A DNA stretch of 54,328 nt. Source: a virus. This document shows positions 1 to 8,017 of this stretch, piece after piece (the stretch's first letter is position 1; every line of letters begins with the position of its first letter). The position numbers and the translations under genes were made by a program. The DNA lies in IMG/VR virus record IMGVR_UViG_3300037424_000442, positions 1-54,328 of that record. One strand, written 5' to 3'. The notes below the pieces were generated by a model, which did not search any database, was not told the DNA's origin, and saw only the letters and a list, made by a program, of their open reading frames with translations.

Positions 1-127
1 TTTTTTTATGTGTCTAATCTTTTCTTCACTTGTCATTTTGCATAATCCGTTATTAAATCATATAAATTTATAACCTTATTAGACAGGTAAAATAATAATT
101 GACTGTTATACTCTCCCGTAATGTCTA
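1..127. repeat. terminal direct repeat copy 1 (identical to 54202..54328)
   Basis: First 127 bases read identically to the last 127 bases of the window. This fits a circular-assembly overlap or a short terminal redundancy. Confidence 0.95.
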
Positions 128-338
128 ATACTCTATATTGTAAATATTTATTTTTTATGTAAGTATCCTGAGACATAAACTCAACGATATCTTGCACTAA
201 ACGTTTACTCTTATCCTCTAAATAAGATATTGTTTTTTTATGCTTTCTCTTTTCTAAATATTTCATCTTATAAAAAACTATCAGATCGGACTTCGTTCTA
301 GCCAAATCACATAGCAAAAGCATAAGTTTATTTTTCAT
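33..338 (-). CDS. hypothetical protein (101 aa)
   Basis: Co-oriented ORF. Its start overlaps the stop of the upstream TerS-like gene, and its stop overlaps the next ATG (ATGA), which continues across the circular junction. Confidence 0.6.
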   Translation of the reverse strand: MKNKLMLLLCDLARTKSDLIVFYKMKYLEKRKHKKTISYLEDKSKRLVQDIVEFMSQDTYIKNKYLQYRVLDITGEYNSQLLFYLSNKVINLYDLITDYAK

Positions 339-780
339 TTTTCATTTCCTCCTGTTTTTTCTTGAATAGCTCTTTTGCCTCATCCTCCGTTAGGTTGGAA
401 TAGTCTATGTTATGCGTATTGCTTGACTTCACATTGGCATCGATCTTTTGGTAGTCTTTACGCCCCCAATCTCTAGCACGTCGTCTTGACAGGGTTTCTA
501 GTGCTAAGTTGGGGTTTGTAAGGCATCCCCCGAAAACACACGTTTCCATTGCAACAAATGATTCATTTATACCGGCTGTAACTTTCTCTACAAACTCTTT
601 TTCAGATTCCGTAAACTCATAAGTGCTGTCCTCTTTTTGATATTCAGCTTTTAGCTTATAATATACAGCTTCACATATACCAATAGAATCACAGATCACT
701 TTTACAGTACATCCTTGACTTGCTAATTCTGTGGCTTTTTTTATTTGTTCGGGAGTAAAACACCTGCTAAACTTTCTCAT
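328..780 (-). CDS. terS: terminase small subunit-like DNA-binding protein
   Basis: N-terminal HTH-like segment (TPEQIKKATELASQGCTVKVICDSIG). Motif ALETLSRRRARDWGRKD resembles the conserved LERR..E.WG segment of small terminases. A few small genes lie between it and TerL on the circular map. Confidence 0.5.
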   Translation of the reverse strand: MRKFSRCFTPEQIKKATELASQGCTVKVICDSIGICEAVYYKLKAEYQKEDSTYEFTESEKEFVEKVTAGINESFVAMETCVFGGCLTNPNLALETLSRRRARDWGRKDYQKIDANVKSSNTHNIDYSNLTEDEAKELFKKKQEEMKNEK

Positions 781-818
781 TATTTCATTTTATCCTACAC
801 TTCCCAAATAGTTTATTA

Positions 819-1058
819 TTAATTGTTTGCAAATCTATGATTATTTTTATACAGATTTATCATCTTGTCATTCTCTTTGTTTAATTTTTGAAGCAAGACT
901 TGTCTACGATCATTCTTTGCCTTATATTGATGCAACACTTCTAATAGATAGCACATTCTTTTTATTCTGCGATTAAAACCAACTCTAAATACTCTCTCAA
1001 TTTCTGTTCTTGGTTCAAGCCATATTGTTAACGATTGATATTTATTCGGATAAAGCAT
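819..1058 (-). CDS. hypothetical protein (79 aa, basic)
   Basis: Co-oriented ORF in a dense gene array; no recognisable motif. Confidence 0.5.
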   Translation of the reverse strand: MLYPNKYQSLTIWLEPRTEIERVFRVGFNRRIKRMCYLLEVLHQYKAKNDRRQVLLQKLNKENDKMINLYKNNHRFANN

Positions 1059-1078
1059 ATCTTTATATTACCCTTTTA

Positions 1079-1372
1079 CTATTTATTTGTCAATTGTTTT
1101 ATCTTGCTGTCTAGTATGTCTACTAATTCTTTATATAATAAAATTCTATTATGAGCATAATTTTCTTTTAACAGCTCCCTTATCTCTTCTTCCCGTGATT
1201 TTTCTATGTAATCTTTTAGCTTATTATTATAAAAACATCTTTTAGTGGCTTCAATATCTATTTTTGTTAGCTGACTATCAAAATCGACATAAACTACAAT
1301 ATCTTCTACACCTAATTTACTCACAATCTCTCTTGCAAACTCTTCACTTATCTTTTTTTCTTCCACATTCAC
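1079..1372 (-). CDS. hypothetical protein (97 aa)
   Basis: GTG start overlapping the stop of the upstream micro-ORF (GTGA), preceded by GAGGTG. Confidence 0.55.
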   Translation of the reverse strand: MNVEEKKISEEFAREIVSKLGVEDIVVYVDFDSQLTKIDIEATKRCFYNNKLKDYIEKSREEEIRELLKENYAHNRILLYKELVDILDSKIKQLTNK

Positions 1373-1461
1373 CTCACTAAATAAATTAAACTAACTATCA
1401 GCCCTATTATTGCTATTAAAGGGGATAGAAATATTATCCACGCTATTATTCTAAATAACAT
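1369..1461 (-). CDS. small hydrophobic protein (30 aa, one TM)
   Basis: ATG at 1461 overlaps the upstream stop (TAATG). Translation MLFRIIAWIIFLSPLIAIIGLIVSLIYLVR. Stop overlaps the next GTG start. Confidence 0.4.
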   Translation of the reverse strand: MLFRIIAWIIFLSPLIAIIGLIVSLIYLVR

Positions 1462-1592
1462 TACAATAAGTCCCAAAAATTATCATCAACTATTTTTGTA
1501 ATTTCAGGGTCTATATCTTTTAAATTACCTATGTAATCTTCTAAAGCATCTTGAAATAATTCAGCTTCTTTTTCATCATTCGTATTATCCAT
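1461..1592 (-). CDS. small acidic protein (43 aa)
   Basis: ATG at 1592 preceded by AAGGAAG at 7 nt. Translation MDNTNDEKEAELFQDALEDYIGNLKDIDPEITKIVDDNFWDLL. Below the ORF-track size cutoff. Confidence 0.5.
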   Translation of the reverse strand: MDNTNDEKEAELFQDALEDYIGNLKDIDPEITKIVDDNFWDLL

Positions 1593-1794
1593 TATAATAC
1601 TTCCTTATAATTAACGGCAACAATATATACCACACTAAAAACGCAGGTATTGCAATTAACGCAAGCAAAGGCTTATGCCACATTATTGATAGAACTATTG
1701 ATACGCCGGCACTGACCATGCAGATAGTTGTTAATGCTAGGCCTAAAGACACGTAAAATATCATTCGTAATATCTTATAAATAAATATGTTCAT
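1585..1794 (-). CDS. small membrane protein (69 aa, 2 predicted TM)
   Basis: Two long hydrophobic stretches; overlaps neighbouring genes by 4-8 nt. Confidence 0.6.
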   Translation of the reverse strand: MNIFIYKILRMIFYVSLGLALTTICMVSAGVSIVLSIMWHKPLLALIAIPAFLVWYILLPLIIRKYYNG

Positions 1795-2135
1795 ATTATA
1801 CCGTCCGCAATAGCCATCGCTGAATAACGCTCTTCTATGGTTAATTCTCTCAAATACTTCAGTCCCTTTATACAGGCGTTCTTACATCGCTTTGAGATAT
1901 CAACATCATCCGTATCATTGAGACAAAAATCTATACTATTATCGCCGAGATTCCAGTCGTCTACAACTATATGAGCTATGCCTCCACAAACGCCGTCGTC
2001 TGTTTTGTATATATTTGAAATCAATCTTGCAGCTTCTTTTGTTTTTTTGTTGATGATACTATACTCACCTTCTTTTAACCAGCATTGATAACACATACTA
2101 ACCCCTCTTTTATATAAAACTCTTATACCTACCAT
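1791..2135 (-). CDS. hypothetical protein (114 aa)
   Basis: Co-oriented ORF with coupled start/stop; no recognised motif. Confidence 0.55.
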   Translation of the reverse strand: MVGIRVLYKRGVSMCYQCWLKEGEYSIINKKTKEAARLISNIYKTDDGVCGGIAHIVVDDWNLGDNSIDFCLNDTDDVDISKRCKNACIKGLKYLRELTIEERYSAMAIADGII

Positions 2136-2337
2136 AATCTTGAACTACTTTTTTATGTGAATAATCATAGTTCTTTCTTGCATTACTTTTTTTACCCATG
2201 CAAACCTTACAATCTTTCTTCTTAATAAGTTCAACATTATATCTTAGAGCCTCTCGATAGTTTACTTCTATTTCGACACCTTCAACTACTTTAAACCATC
2301 GTGGACATCTTTCACATTCGTAATAGCCGTTTTTCAT
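2110..2337 (-). CDS. hypothetical zinc-ribbon-like protein (75 aa)
   Basis: Paired Cys motifs CERCPRW ... CKVCMGK. Confidence 0.5.
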   Translation of the reverse strand: MKNGYYECERCPRWFKVVEGVEIEVNYREALRYNVELIKKKDCKVCMGKKSNARKNYDYSHKKVVQDYGRYKSFI

Positions 2338-2345
2338 GTTATACC

Positions 2346-2468
2346 TTACTTTTTATATTTATCTTTTATATATTCTTTTATCGCTGATCTTACATATAAG
2401 AGAAAATGATGTAATCCTAATAACATCAAACCAACGATAAACAAATCTATAATTGTTATATCTTTCAT
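2346..2468 (-). CDS. small membrane protein (40 aa)
   Basis: ATG at 2468 with a weak AAGG upstream. Translation MKDITIIDLFIVGLMLLGLHHFLLYVRSAIKEYIKDKYKK. Confidence 0.35.
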   Translation of the reverse strand: MKDITIIDLFIVGLMLLGLHHFLLYVRSAIKEYIKDKYKK

Positions 2469-2571
2469 GTTAATACCTTATAAATAATAGTTGCTATCAT
2501 AATCTGCCTAGAACCGTAACGTTTTTATAAATACGGTGCCGTGAGAATAGGGATCACAATTACTTCTTAAG

Positions 2572-2811
2572 CTATAACTTCCGCGCGAAAGTGCTGCCAG
2601 ATAGCAACTTAATACATGTATATAATATACCGCCTACTGATTTAACAATTTCTATTAATTTATCATTTTCTTTTTCTATCTTTTCTACCTCTGGTAAATA
2701 TTCAAAAAACTCATTTATAGTTTGTTTTTTTAATGCATTTACTTTTCCGTAACAATCTATATCATTTTGTATACTCTTTTCAAATCTCTCTTTAATCTCA
2801 TAGCTTAACAT
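2572..2811 (-). CDS. hypothetical protein (79 aa)
   Basis: Co-oriented ORF overlapping the upstream gene by 14 nt. Confidence 0.5.
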   Translation of the reverse strand: MLSYEIKERFEKSIQNDIDCYGKVNALKKQTINEFFEYLPEVEKIEKENDKLIEIVKSVGGILYTCIKLLSGSTFARKL

Positions 2812-3112
2812 TACTTATCTCCTTAACTCCGAACTCATATGCCTCAGCCATTACGGTTAATATTGCTTTGTGCATGCTTATACTTTCATGTTTGCAGTAA
2901 TTGAAATTAAACATATCACCCTTGATCGGCAGAATTTTGAAAGTGCTTGCCAAGTAGTCTACTCCCAGTATTACTGTAATGGATTCTTTCCCACCGTTGA
3001 AGTCAATGTAGCTTCGAGTGAATAGGAACTCAGAATTGCTTTTGTCTACTGTTGTTTTTTCTGCATTTACTATGTGTTTTTTTATTTGATTTGTTGTATA
3101 GTCTTCACGCAT
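2798..3112 (-). CDS. hypothetical protein (104 aa)
   Basis: Co-oriented ORF, translationally coupled. Confidence 0.55.
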   Translation of the reverse strand: MREDYTTNQIKKHIVNAEKTTVDKSNSEFLFTRSYIDFNGGKESITVILGVDYLASTFKILPIKGDMFNFNYCKHESISMHKAILTVMAEAYEFGVKEISNVKL

Positions 3113-3287
3113 TTTGTTTAACTCCGTTAATGTAATGTTCGTAAATGGTTTTAAATTGTTCTTTTAATGTTTCATTTGGGTATAATTCATAATTGGCTTT
3201 TATAGTGTTATGCTTTCGCTTATTATCCTCTTGGATATCTAAGAGGTCTTTTTTTTCTCTATAACCGTCTGTATCTATTTTTTTCAT
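3105..3287 (-). CDS. hypothetical protein (60 aa)
   Basis: Co-oriented ORF, ATGA-type overlap with the upstream gene. Confidence 0.5.
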   Translation of the reverse strand: MKKIDTDGYREKKDLLDIQEDNKRKHNTIKANYELYPNETLKEQFKTIYEHYINGVKQNA

Positions 3288-3670
3288 TGTTTCACCTCTA
3301 GTTGATTGTTTAATATTTCAAAGGCTTTTAATATTGCTTGTCGTTTTGCTTCTTGACGAGAATTATACGATCGTGTGCAATCTATTTGATTTGTCTTAAT
3401 ATTATCTATTTTAGAAATATAATTTTGTTTGTTTTGATTTTCAATAAATCCATACCAAAAACCAGATATTAATCTAATTTCAATTATTATCCCATTATCA
3501 TCAAAGAACTTTTCAAGATCACAATAGCAAATATCTTTAACATCTCTTTTTATATATAATATATCTTCATCTTTAGCTTCATATCCTGTCCTATTTTTAT
3601 ATAACCATTTCCAAAACAATTTTTCAGATTCTGGATATTTATCTCTAATCTCTTTTAAATTTATTTCCAC
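3284..3670 (-). CDS. hypothetical protein (128 aa)
   Basis: GTG start preceded by GGGGGAAAC; follows a terminator-like hairpin. Confidence 0.55.
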   Translation of the reverse strand: MEINLKEIRDKYPESEKLFWKWLYKNRTGYEAKDEDILYIKRDVKDICYCDLEKFFDDNGIIIEIRLISGFWYGFIENQNKQNYISKIDNIKTNQIDCTRSYNSRQEAKRQAILKAFEILNNQLEVKQ

Positions 3671-3686
3671 GTTTCCCCCTTAAATA

Positions 3687-3719
3687 AAGCCCGACACTTC
3701 CCCGTGATGAATCGGGCTT
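3687..3719 (-). terminator. intrinsic terminator-like hairpin
   Basis: aagcccga (3687-3694) pairs with tcgggctt (3712-3719). On the minus strand it is followed by TATTTAA. GC-rich stem in AT-rich surroundings. Confidence 0.45.
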
Positions 3720-3734
3720 ATTAATCACAATACA

Positions 3735-3956
3735 TCATTTATCTAATCTTATTATTTTACCATCCTCATATTTCCAACTAAAATCTGTAGTATTAAGATT
3801 ATATTCTTTCTCTATATAATCCCATAATTTTTTTCTCGCTGTTTGGGATGCTATTGAAAGAAATTTAATGGTTTGGCTATATGATTTGAACTCAAAGTCT
3901 AAATCTTCTATTTTTTCTAAATCACATTTTTTAACTTTTATCTCGTTTTTTTTCAT
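3735..3956 (-). CDS. hypothetical protein (73 aa)
   Basis: Co-oriented ORF. Confidence 0.55.
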   Translation of the reverse strand: MKKNEIKVKKCDLEKIEDLDFEFKSYSQTIKFLSIASQTARKKLWDYIEKEYNLNTTDFSWKYEDGKIIRLDK

Positions 3957-3970
3957 ATTTTCTCCTTTTT

Positions 3971-4702
3971 TTATAATACATCATTGCCTAAAATACTATT
4001 TGAAAATACGTTCTGCGGAACACCATTGACTCGGTATTCAAAATCTAAATGCTTTCCAAATCCTTGAAGCCTCTCGCTTTCAGTTATCTCTCGCCATTTC
4101 GCCTGCCTAAAGTCGAAAATTAAACAATGTCCGGTATTTCCAACTATGCCTATATACTGACCTTTTTCTACTAATTGACCTTCAGTTACATCAACTCTAT
4201 CAAGATGCCCATATAATATACATTCTTTAGTTTCTTCTTTTACAATTATAATTTGATTGCCATAGTCTTCATTATTCATTATATGGCAAATACCTGTAAT
4301 ACTGGCCTTCACTCTAAGATTATCGATACATTTCAAATCGACACTCTTAATCTTGAACTTATAATCATATTTTGCATTATAGCGTATATCATTATACTCG
4401 CTAGTTATATAAGTCGTATCTTTTTTCAAAGGAAATTCAAGATCAGGGAAACGCCAGTCATATTTTTGGTTAACTCCTTTTCTATTAAGAATTACCTGAG
4501 CGTAATTTGATATTTCCCCTTCACCCCCGACACCGACTAGCATTACCGCATCGTTAAGTAGCTTAATATTTTCGTTAGCCTTTTCTAATTTCACTTTTTG
4601 GCTTATTATCTTTTGATCTTTTTGTTGAATTGTAATAGCTTGATAAGTTATGATGCTAATCACAATTGCAATTAGCAGTAAGTTTCTTGGATAGTATTTC
4701 AA
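3971..4702 (-). CDS. M23-family metallopeptidase with N-terminal transmembrane anchor
   Basis: N-terminal TM (LLLIAIVISIITY). YGHLD (HxxxD), GIVGNTGH and HLDFE resemble the M23/LytM zinc-ligand motifs. Confidence 0.65.
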   Translation of the reverse strand: MKYYPRNLLLIAIVISIITYQAITIQQKDQKIISQKVKLEKANENIKLLNDAVMLVGVGGEGEISNYAQVILNRKGVNQKYDWRFPDLEFPLKKDTTYITSEYNDIRYNAKYDYKFKIKSVDLKCIDNLRVKASITGICHIMNNEDYGNQIIIVKEETKECILYGHLDRVDVTEGQLVEKGQYIGIVGNTGHCLIFDFRQAKWREITESERLQGFGKHLDFEYRVNGVPQNVFSNSILGNDVL

Positions 4703-4720
4703 TTAAATACCTCCTATTTA

Positions 4721-4891
4721 TTATCGATTAAAATAATCTGGATCAACTTCCCCATGATCTATCATTCTTTGTTGTCTCTCTCTTCTTGATTCAGTACATT
4801 CTTGATTTCTCATAGAGTGGATCATATCCGATGGCAAAGGGCATCTATTGCCACCTGCACACCATTCATCTAATAAGTTGTCATATTTCAT
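4721..4891 (-). CDS. small Cys-containing protein (56 aa)
   Basis: ATG at 4891 preceded by AAGGGGG. Translation MKYDNLLDEWCAGGNRCPLPSDMIHSMRNQECTESRRERQQRMIDHGEVDPDYFNR. Below the ORF-track cutoff. Confidence 0.5.
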   Translation of the reverse strand: MKYDNLLDEWCAGGNRCPLPSDMIHSMRNQECTESRRERQQRMIDHGEVDPDYFNR

Positions 4892-4912
4892 CAATACCCC
4901 CTTAATAATGGA

Positions 4913-5061
4913 GCAGGGACTATCTTTCGTATGATAGAATGGTCAATACTGACCTGCCCTGCATGTAAAATAGAAAGATAGAGTCAAGCGATCAACTTGA
5001 TATCTCTTGCTAAAAGAGTGTCTACTATAACATAGTAGGGCTGAGCTTCTCTATCTTTCAT
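4913..5061 (-). ncRNA. structured intergenic RNA element (two multi-branch domains), function unknown
   Basis: No ORF present. Minus-strand RNA has an 11-bp closing stem, GAAAGAUAGAG (5061-5051) with CUCUAUCUUUC (4983-4973). It encloses three hairpins: CUACUAU/AUAGUAG, CUCUU/AAGAG and UCAAG/CUUGA. A second domain is closed by GCAGGG/CCCUGC (4962-4957 with 4918-4913) and holds two hairpins. Confidence 0.35.
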
Positions 5062-5095
5062 CATATCAAAGAGCGTGCTGTTTTCAGAGCATCGC

Positions 5096-5743
5096 TTATA
5101 TACCAATACCAATTATATAATAGTCTGCATAACCAGCAATTTTATCCCATCCTTCTGTGAGATTTTCCCAAATTTTCGGTGCACCGTTGTCGTGATACCA
5201 CTCAATCTCACCTTGATCGTTTGTAACAATTAATGCCACGTCGTCGGTTGTCATGTTCGGATTGAGTATCTCCCACGGGTCTTTTGATCCTTTTGCTCTA
5301 ACGTGAACCATAGGTGCATTAGCATTATTGCCTTGATCTAACATTGTAAATTTTACACGGATCAATAATTTTTGCTTATGACCTACAAGAGTACCAACAT
5401 CGATGTAATTCAATTGATTTTCTACGATTGAGTCGAAGCCAGAAAAGCTATTTTGACGATAGACTATTCCCTTATTGTCTAAGTCGTCGGCCGCTATAAT
5501 TGGATCAACTGCCGGATCGGCCGCATATAATTCTTGCCCAGAAACTATTTGAGAAAAAACATTAAACAGTTTTTGATTAAAAGCCATAGTAGCCTCTGCA
5601 GGATAAATTTGTTTGTTTACCCCTGTAAGCTCCCATGTTTGACCGTCTTTTATTATTGTTTTCTCAATCGTCTTTTCACCCTGTGGGACTGTACACCCAA
5701 ATACAAAAAAGACTATAACAAGTAAAATAAATAAATTTTTCAT
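5096..5743 (-). CDS. putative lipoprotein (215 aa)
   Basis: Signal peptide ending in lipobox-like VFGC (MKNLFILLVIVFFVFGCTVP). C-terminal region resembles the ORF at 26900..27316. Confidence 0.65.
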   Translation of the reverse strand: MKNLFILLVIVFFVFGCTVPQGEKTIEKTIIKDGQTWELTGVNKQIYPAEATMAFNQKLFNVFSQIVSGQELYAADPAVDPIIAADDLDNKGIVYRQNSFSGFDSIVENQLNYIDVGTLVGHKQKLLIRVKFTMLDQGNNANAPMVHVRAKGSKDPWEILNPNMTTDDVALIVTNDQGEIEWYHDNGAPKIWENLTEGWDKIAGYADYYIIGIGI

Positions 5744-5758
5744 ATAATAACCTCCTTA

Positions 5759-6028
5759 TTATTTTTCTAAAGTTACAGGAATAAATCCTACAACCGATTC
5801 TATATGCTTTCTTTCTTCATAATCCTTTTTCCCTAAATCGGTTAATAACATATTAACTCTTTTGCCAGAATCAAGATCAACTATAAGCATTACATTATCC
5901 ACATATTTTTTTGTTGTTTCGTAATACTGCTTATAGCATGTATAAGCAGGGAATAACAAGATTAAGACAAGTATCATTCCGATAGCCATACCAATTGTTA
6001 TAAACATAACCCTATTAAGATTTATCAT
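5759..6028 (-). CDS. membrane-anchored protein (89 aa)
   Basis: N-terminal TM (FITIGMAIGMILVLILLF); strong AAGGAGG upstream. Confidence 0.6.
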   Translation of the reverse strand: MINLNRVMFITIGMAIGMILVLILLFPAYTCYKQYYETTKKYVDNVMLIVDLDSGKRVNMLLTDLGKKDYEERKHIESVVGFIPVTLEK

Positions 6029-6136
6029 ATAAACCTCCTTATATGATAAGGTATAGAGGCAAGGATTTACCTAGTATATCAATGTTTTATACTCTATACC
6101 TTAATTATTATACTATAATATCAAATTAATGTCAAA

Positions 6137-6742
6137 TTACATTGATAGTAAAATTTTTCTTATATTCCAAATAAGCAAATCTTTATCGCCCATTTCAATA
6201 GCTTGTTTTTTTGTAATTTTTGACCATTCATCTTTCGTTTTTAATTGGCAACCGATCTTTATGTGTGTATCGTAAATTATAATTTCATAAGGCAGCGTGC
6301 CATTTAATCTAATTATATTTTTTGTATTTAACCCAGATATTTCTTTTACTTTTAAGTTTTCTATTTTACATAGAACTCTCTGGTCGCCTTCAACTCTCTG
6401 GTCGCCTTCAACTATCTGGTCGCCTTTAACTATCTGGTCGCCTTCAACTATCTGGTCGCCTTTAACTACCTGGTAGCCTTTAACTACCTGGTCGCCTTCA
6501 ACTATCTGGTCGCCTTCAACTATCTGGTCGCCTTCAACTATCTGGTAGCCTTCAACTATCTGGTCGCCTTCAACTATCTGGTCGCCTTCAACTCTCTGGT
6601 CGCCTTTAACTATCTGGTAGCCTTCAACTCTAAGATTTATTTTAATTTCAACATTGTCATTGATAATCAAGTCTCCATCATATTGAAACCAAAACTCATC
6701 GTATTTATTAATCCCTTTAAATTTCTCATCAATAATTATCAT
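6137..6742 (-). CDS. tandem hexapeptide (VEGDQI) repeat protein
   Basis: A 37-aa N-terminal segment, then 14 consecutive six-residue repeats [IRV]V[EK]G[DY]Q, then a unique C-terminal domain of about 80 aa. Confidence 0.7.
   Translation of the reverse strand: MIIIDEKFKGINKYDEFWFQYDGDLIINDNVEIKINLRVEGYQIVKGDQRVEGDQIVEGDQIVEGYQIVEGDQIVEGDQIVEGDQVVKGYQVVKGDQIVEGDQIVKGDQIVEGDQRVEGDQRVLCKIENLKVKEISGLNTKNIIRLNGTLPYEIIIYDTHIKIGCQLKTKDEWSKITKKQAIEMGDKDLLIWNIRKILLSM
6380..6631 (-). repeat. 18-bp in-frame tandem repeat x14 (unit ctggtcgccttcaactat on + strand)
   Basis: Near-identical 18-mers read directly from the sequence. Differences are confined to a few fixed positions in the unit. Confidence 0.9.
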
Positions 6743-6987
6743 ACCATCCTCCTTTCTATCAATTATATATCAAGTTATTTATAATACAACAATATTTAAT
6801 CATTTTTTACAAATAAAGAACAATAATTTACTTCTTTTTGATCGACGTTTATATATTTAGTTCCTTGTTTTGATATCATTTTTTTATAACAATGTTCATT
6901 AAAAGTAATGTTATTACAAGTTTTCTATCTTCTTTACGGTAAATGTCTATGTAGTTTTTGCCTGATCTTTTCTTTATATTTTGCATA

Positions 6988-7161
6988 TTACTCCTTCACC
7001 GCATAAATATAACATGGTTCACCTTTTCTAACAGAGTAAACCTCACTCAAAACGCATGCGGTTTCTAAATGAGGGAAGCTATAATATCTGCATCCGTCAT
7101 CACAAATTTTTGGCTGCTTCCCTTCTAGTATATCTAATTTTGTGCAAATTGGATGAGCCAT
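6988..7161 (-). CDS. small Cys-rich protein (57 aa)
   Basis: ATG at 7161 preceded by TTAAGGAG. Translation MAHPICTKLDILEGKQPKICDDGCRYYSFPHLETACVLSEVYSVRKGEPCYIYAVKE. Confidence 0.5.
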   Translation of the reverse strand: MAHPICTKLDILEGKQPKICDDGCRYYSFPHLETACVLSEVYSVRKGEPCYIYAVKE

Positions 7162-7195
7162 GTATTACTCCTTAATCTCTATAATTCTCTATTAG

Positions 7196-7516
7196 TCATA
7201 TAATTTTATATTCAATCTCTGGATATAGAGCCTTGAATAATTTGTATTTTAGTTTGAAGTCCGCTGTTTGCCTGCCTTTAGTTTCTTGTATTTCTTTTCG
7301 ACCGTCGTTATGCATAACTTCAAAGTCAACTATATGACTGCAAATTAAAAAGCCATTAACTCTTATTTCGTATGACACCTGAGTTTTATAATCTTTGATT
7401 GCTTTCCCACGTTTCATTAGCTCAAGTGAATTGCAATGATCTGCTTCTTTTTTGCTTTGATGATTATGGTTTTGATGGCATTTAGTCCATTTATTTCTAT
7501 ATTTATTTAACATCAT
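7196..7516 (-). CDS. DUF1064-like protein (putative PD-(D/E)XK-fold nuclease)
   Basis: Pattern NKWTKCH..HNH.SKKEA..C..LELM...G.I ... VDFEV ... ETKG resembles the phage DUF1064 family. Confidence 0.5.
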   Translation of the reverse strand: MMLNKYRNKWTKCHQNHNHQSKKEADHCNSLELMKRGKAIKDYKTQVSYEIRVNGFLICSHIVDFEVMHNDGRKEIQETKGRQTADFKLKYKLFKALYPEIEYKII

Positions 7517-7698
7517 TTAATTTTCCTGTATTTTTTCCGATCTTCAACTCTTTTGCGTTCTGTATATGCCCAATACTCAATTACGCCGGCGTTGAAACTC
7601 AACCAATCCCACTTTTTATGCTTTAGTTCTTCAAACCGCATAAGTGAATAATCCTGAGCTTCTTTTAATCTCTCACAAATTAAGTTTTTTCTACTCAT
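7513..7698 (-). CDS. hypothetical protein (61 aa)
   Basis: Co-oriented ORF with ATGA overlap. Confidence 0.5.
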   Translation of the reverse strand: MSRKNLICERLKEAQDYSLMRFEELKHKKWDWLSFNAGVIEYWAYTERKRVEDRKKYRKIK

Positions 7699-8017
7699 TT
7701 ATTATCCTTGTAATTACCTCACTTGTTAATCGTTCATTACCACGCTCTTGTACGAGATTGACTAAGCGTTTTATTTTTTCTGTTTTTATGCCTAAGTCAA
7801 AATAACTATTATGCTGGCTGCAAGATACTGTAATGTTAAAATTATGCTGTATTATTTCCCACCCATAAACTTTCTTATTGCTTGTATCTTGTTTTATTCT
7901 ATGTCCCATTGTATTTACATGCATTGTACAGTTAGGATATTGACAGACAAAATTATCTATATTCATTCTTATTTCATATTGTTTTGATTTATATTGTTTT
8001 CTTTCTTTTTCAGTCAT
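7691..8017 (-). CDS. hypothetical Cys/His-rich protein (108 aa)
   Basis: Co-oriented ORF. Contains CQYPNC...H...H and CSQH motifs, possibly metal-binding. Confidence 0.55.
   Translation of the reverse strand: MTEKERKQYKSKQYEIRMNIDNFVCQYPNCTMHVNTMGHRIKQDTSNKKVYGWEIIQHNFNITVSCSQHNSYFDLGIKTEKIKRLVNLVQERGNERLTSEVITRIINE

Noticed and set aside
4973-5061. A third tRNA, because of a cloverleaf-like stem enclosing three hairpins
   Set aside because: The closing stem is 11 bp and there is a 10-nt spacer before the first hairpin. There is no GTTCRANY T-loop, no GG D-loop and no 7-nt anticodon loop with U33. It is reported instead as an unclassified structured RNA.
6796-6986. Two further micro-ORFs (36 and 27 codons) in the 6743-7195 gap
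   Set aside because: They are very short and of low complexity, with weak or no Shine-Dalgarno. This is insufficient evidence to call them genes.
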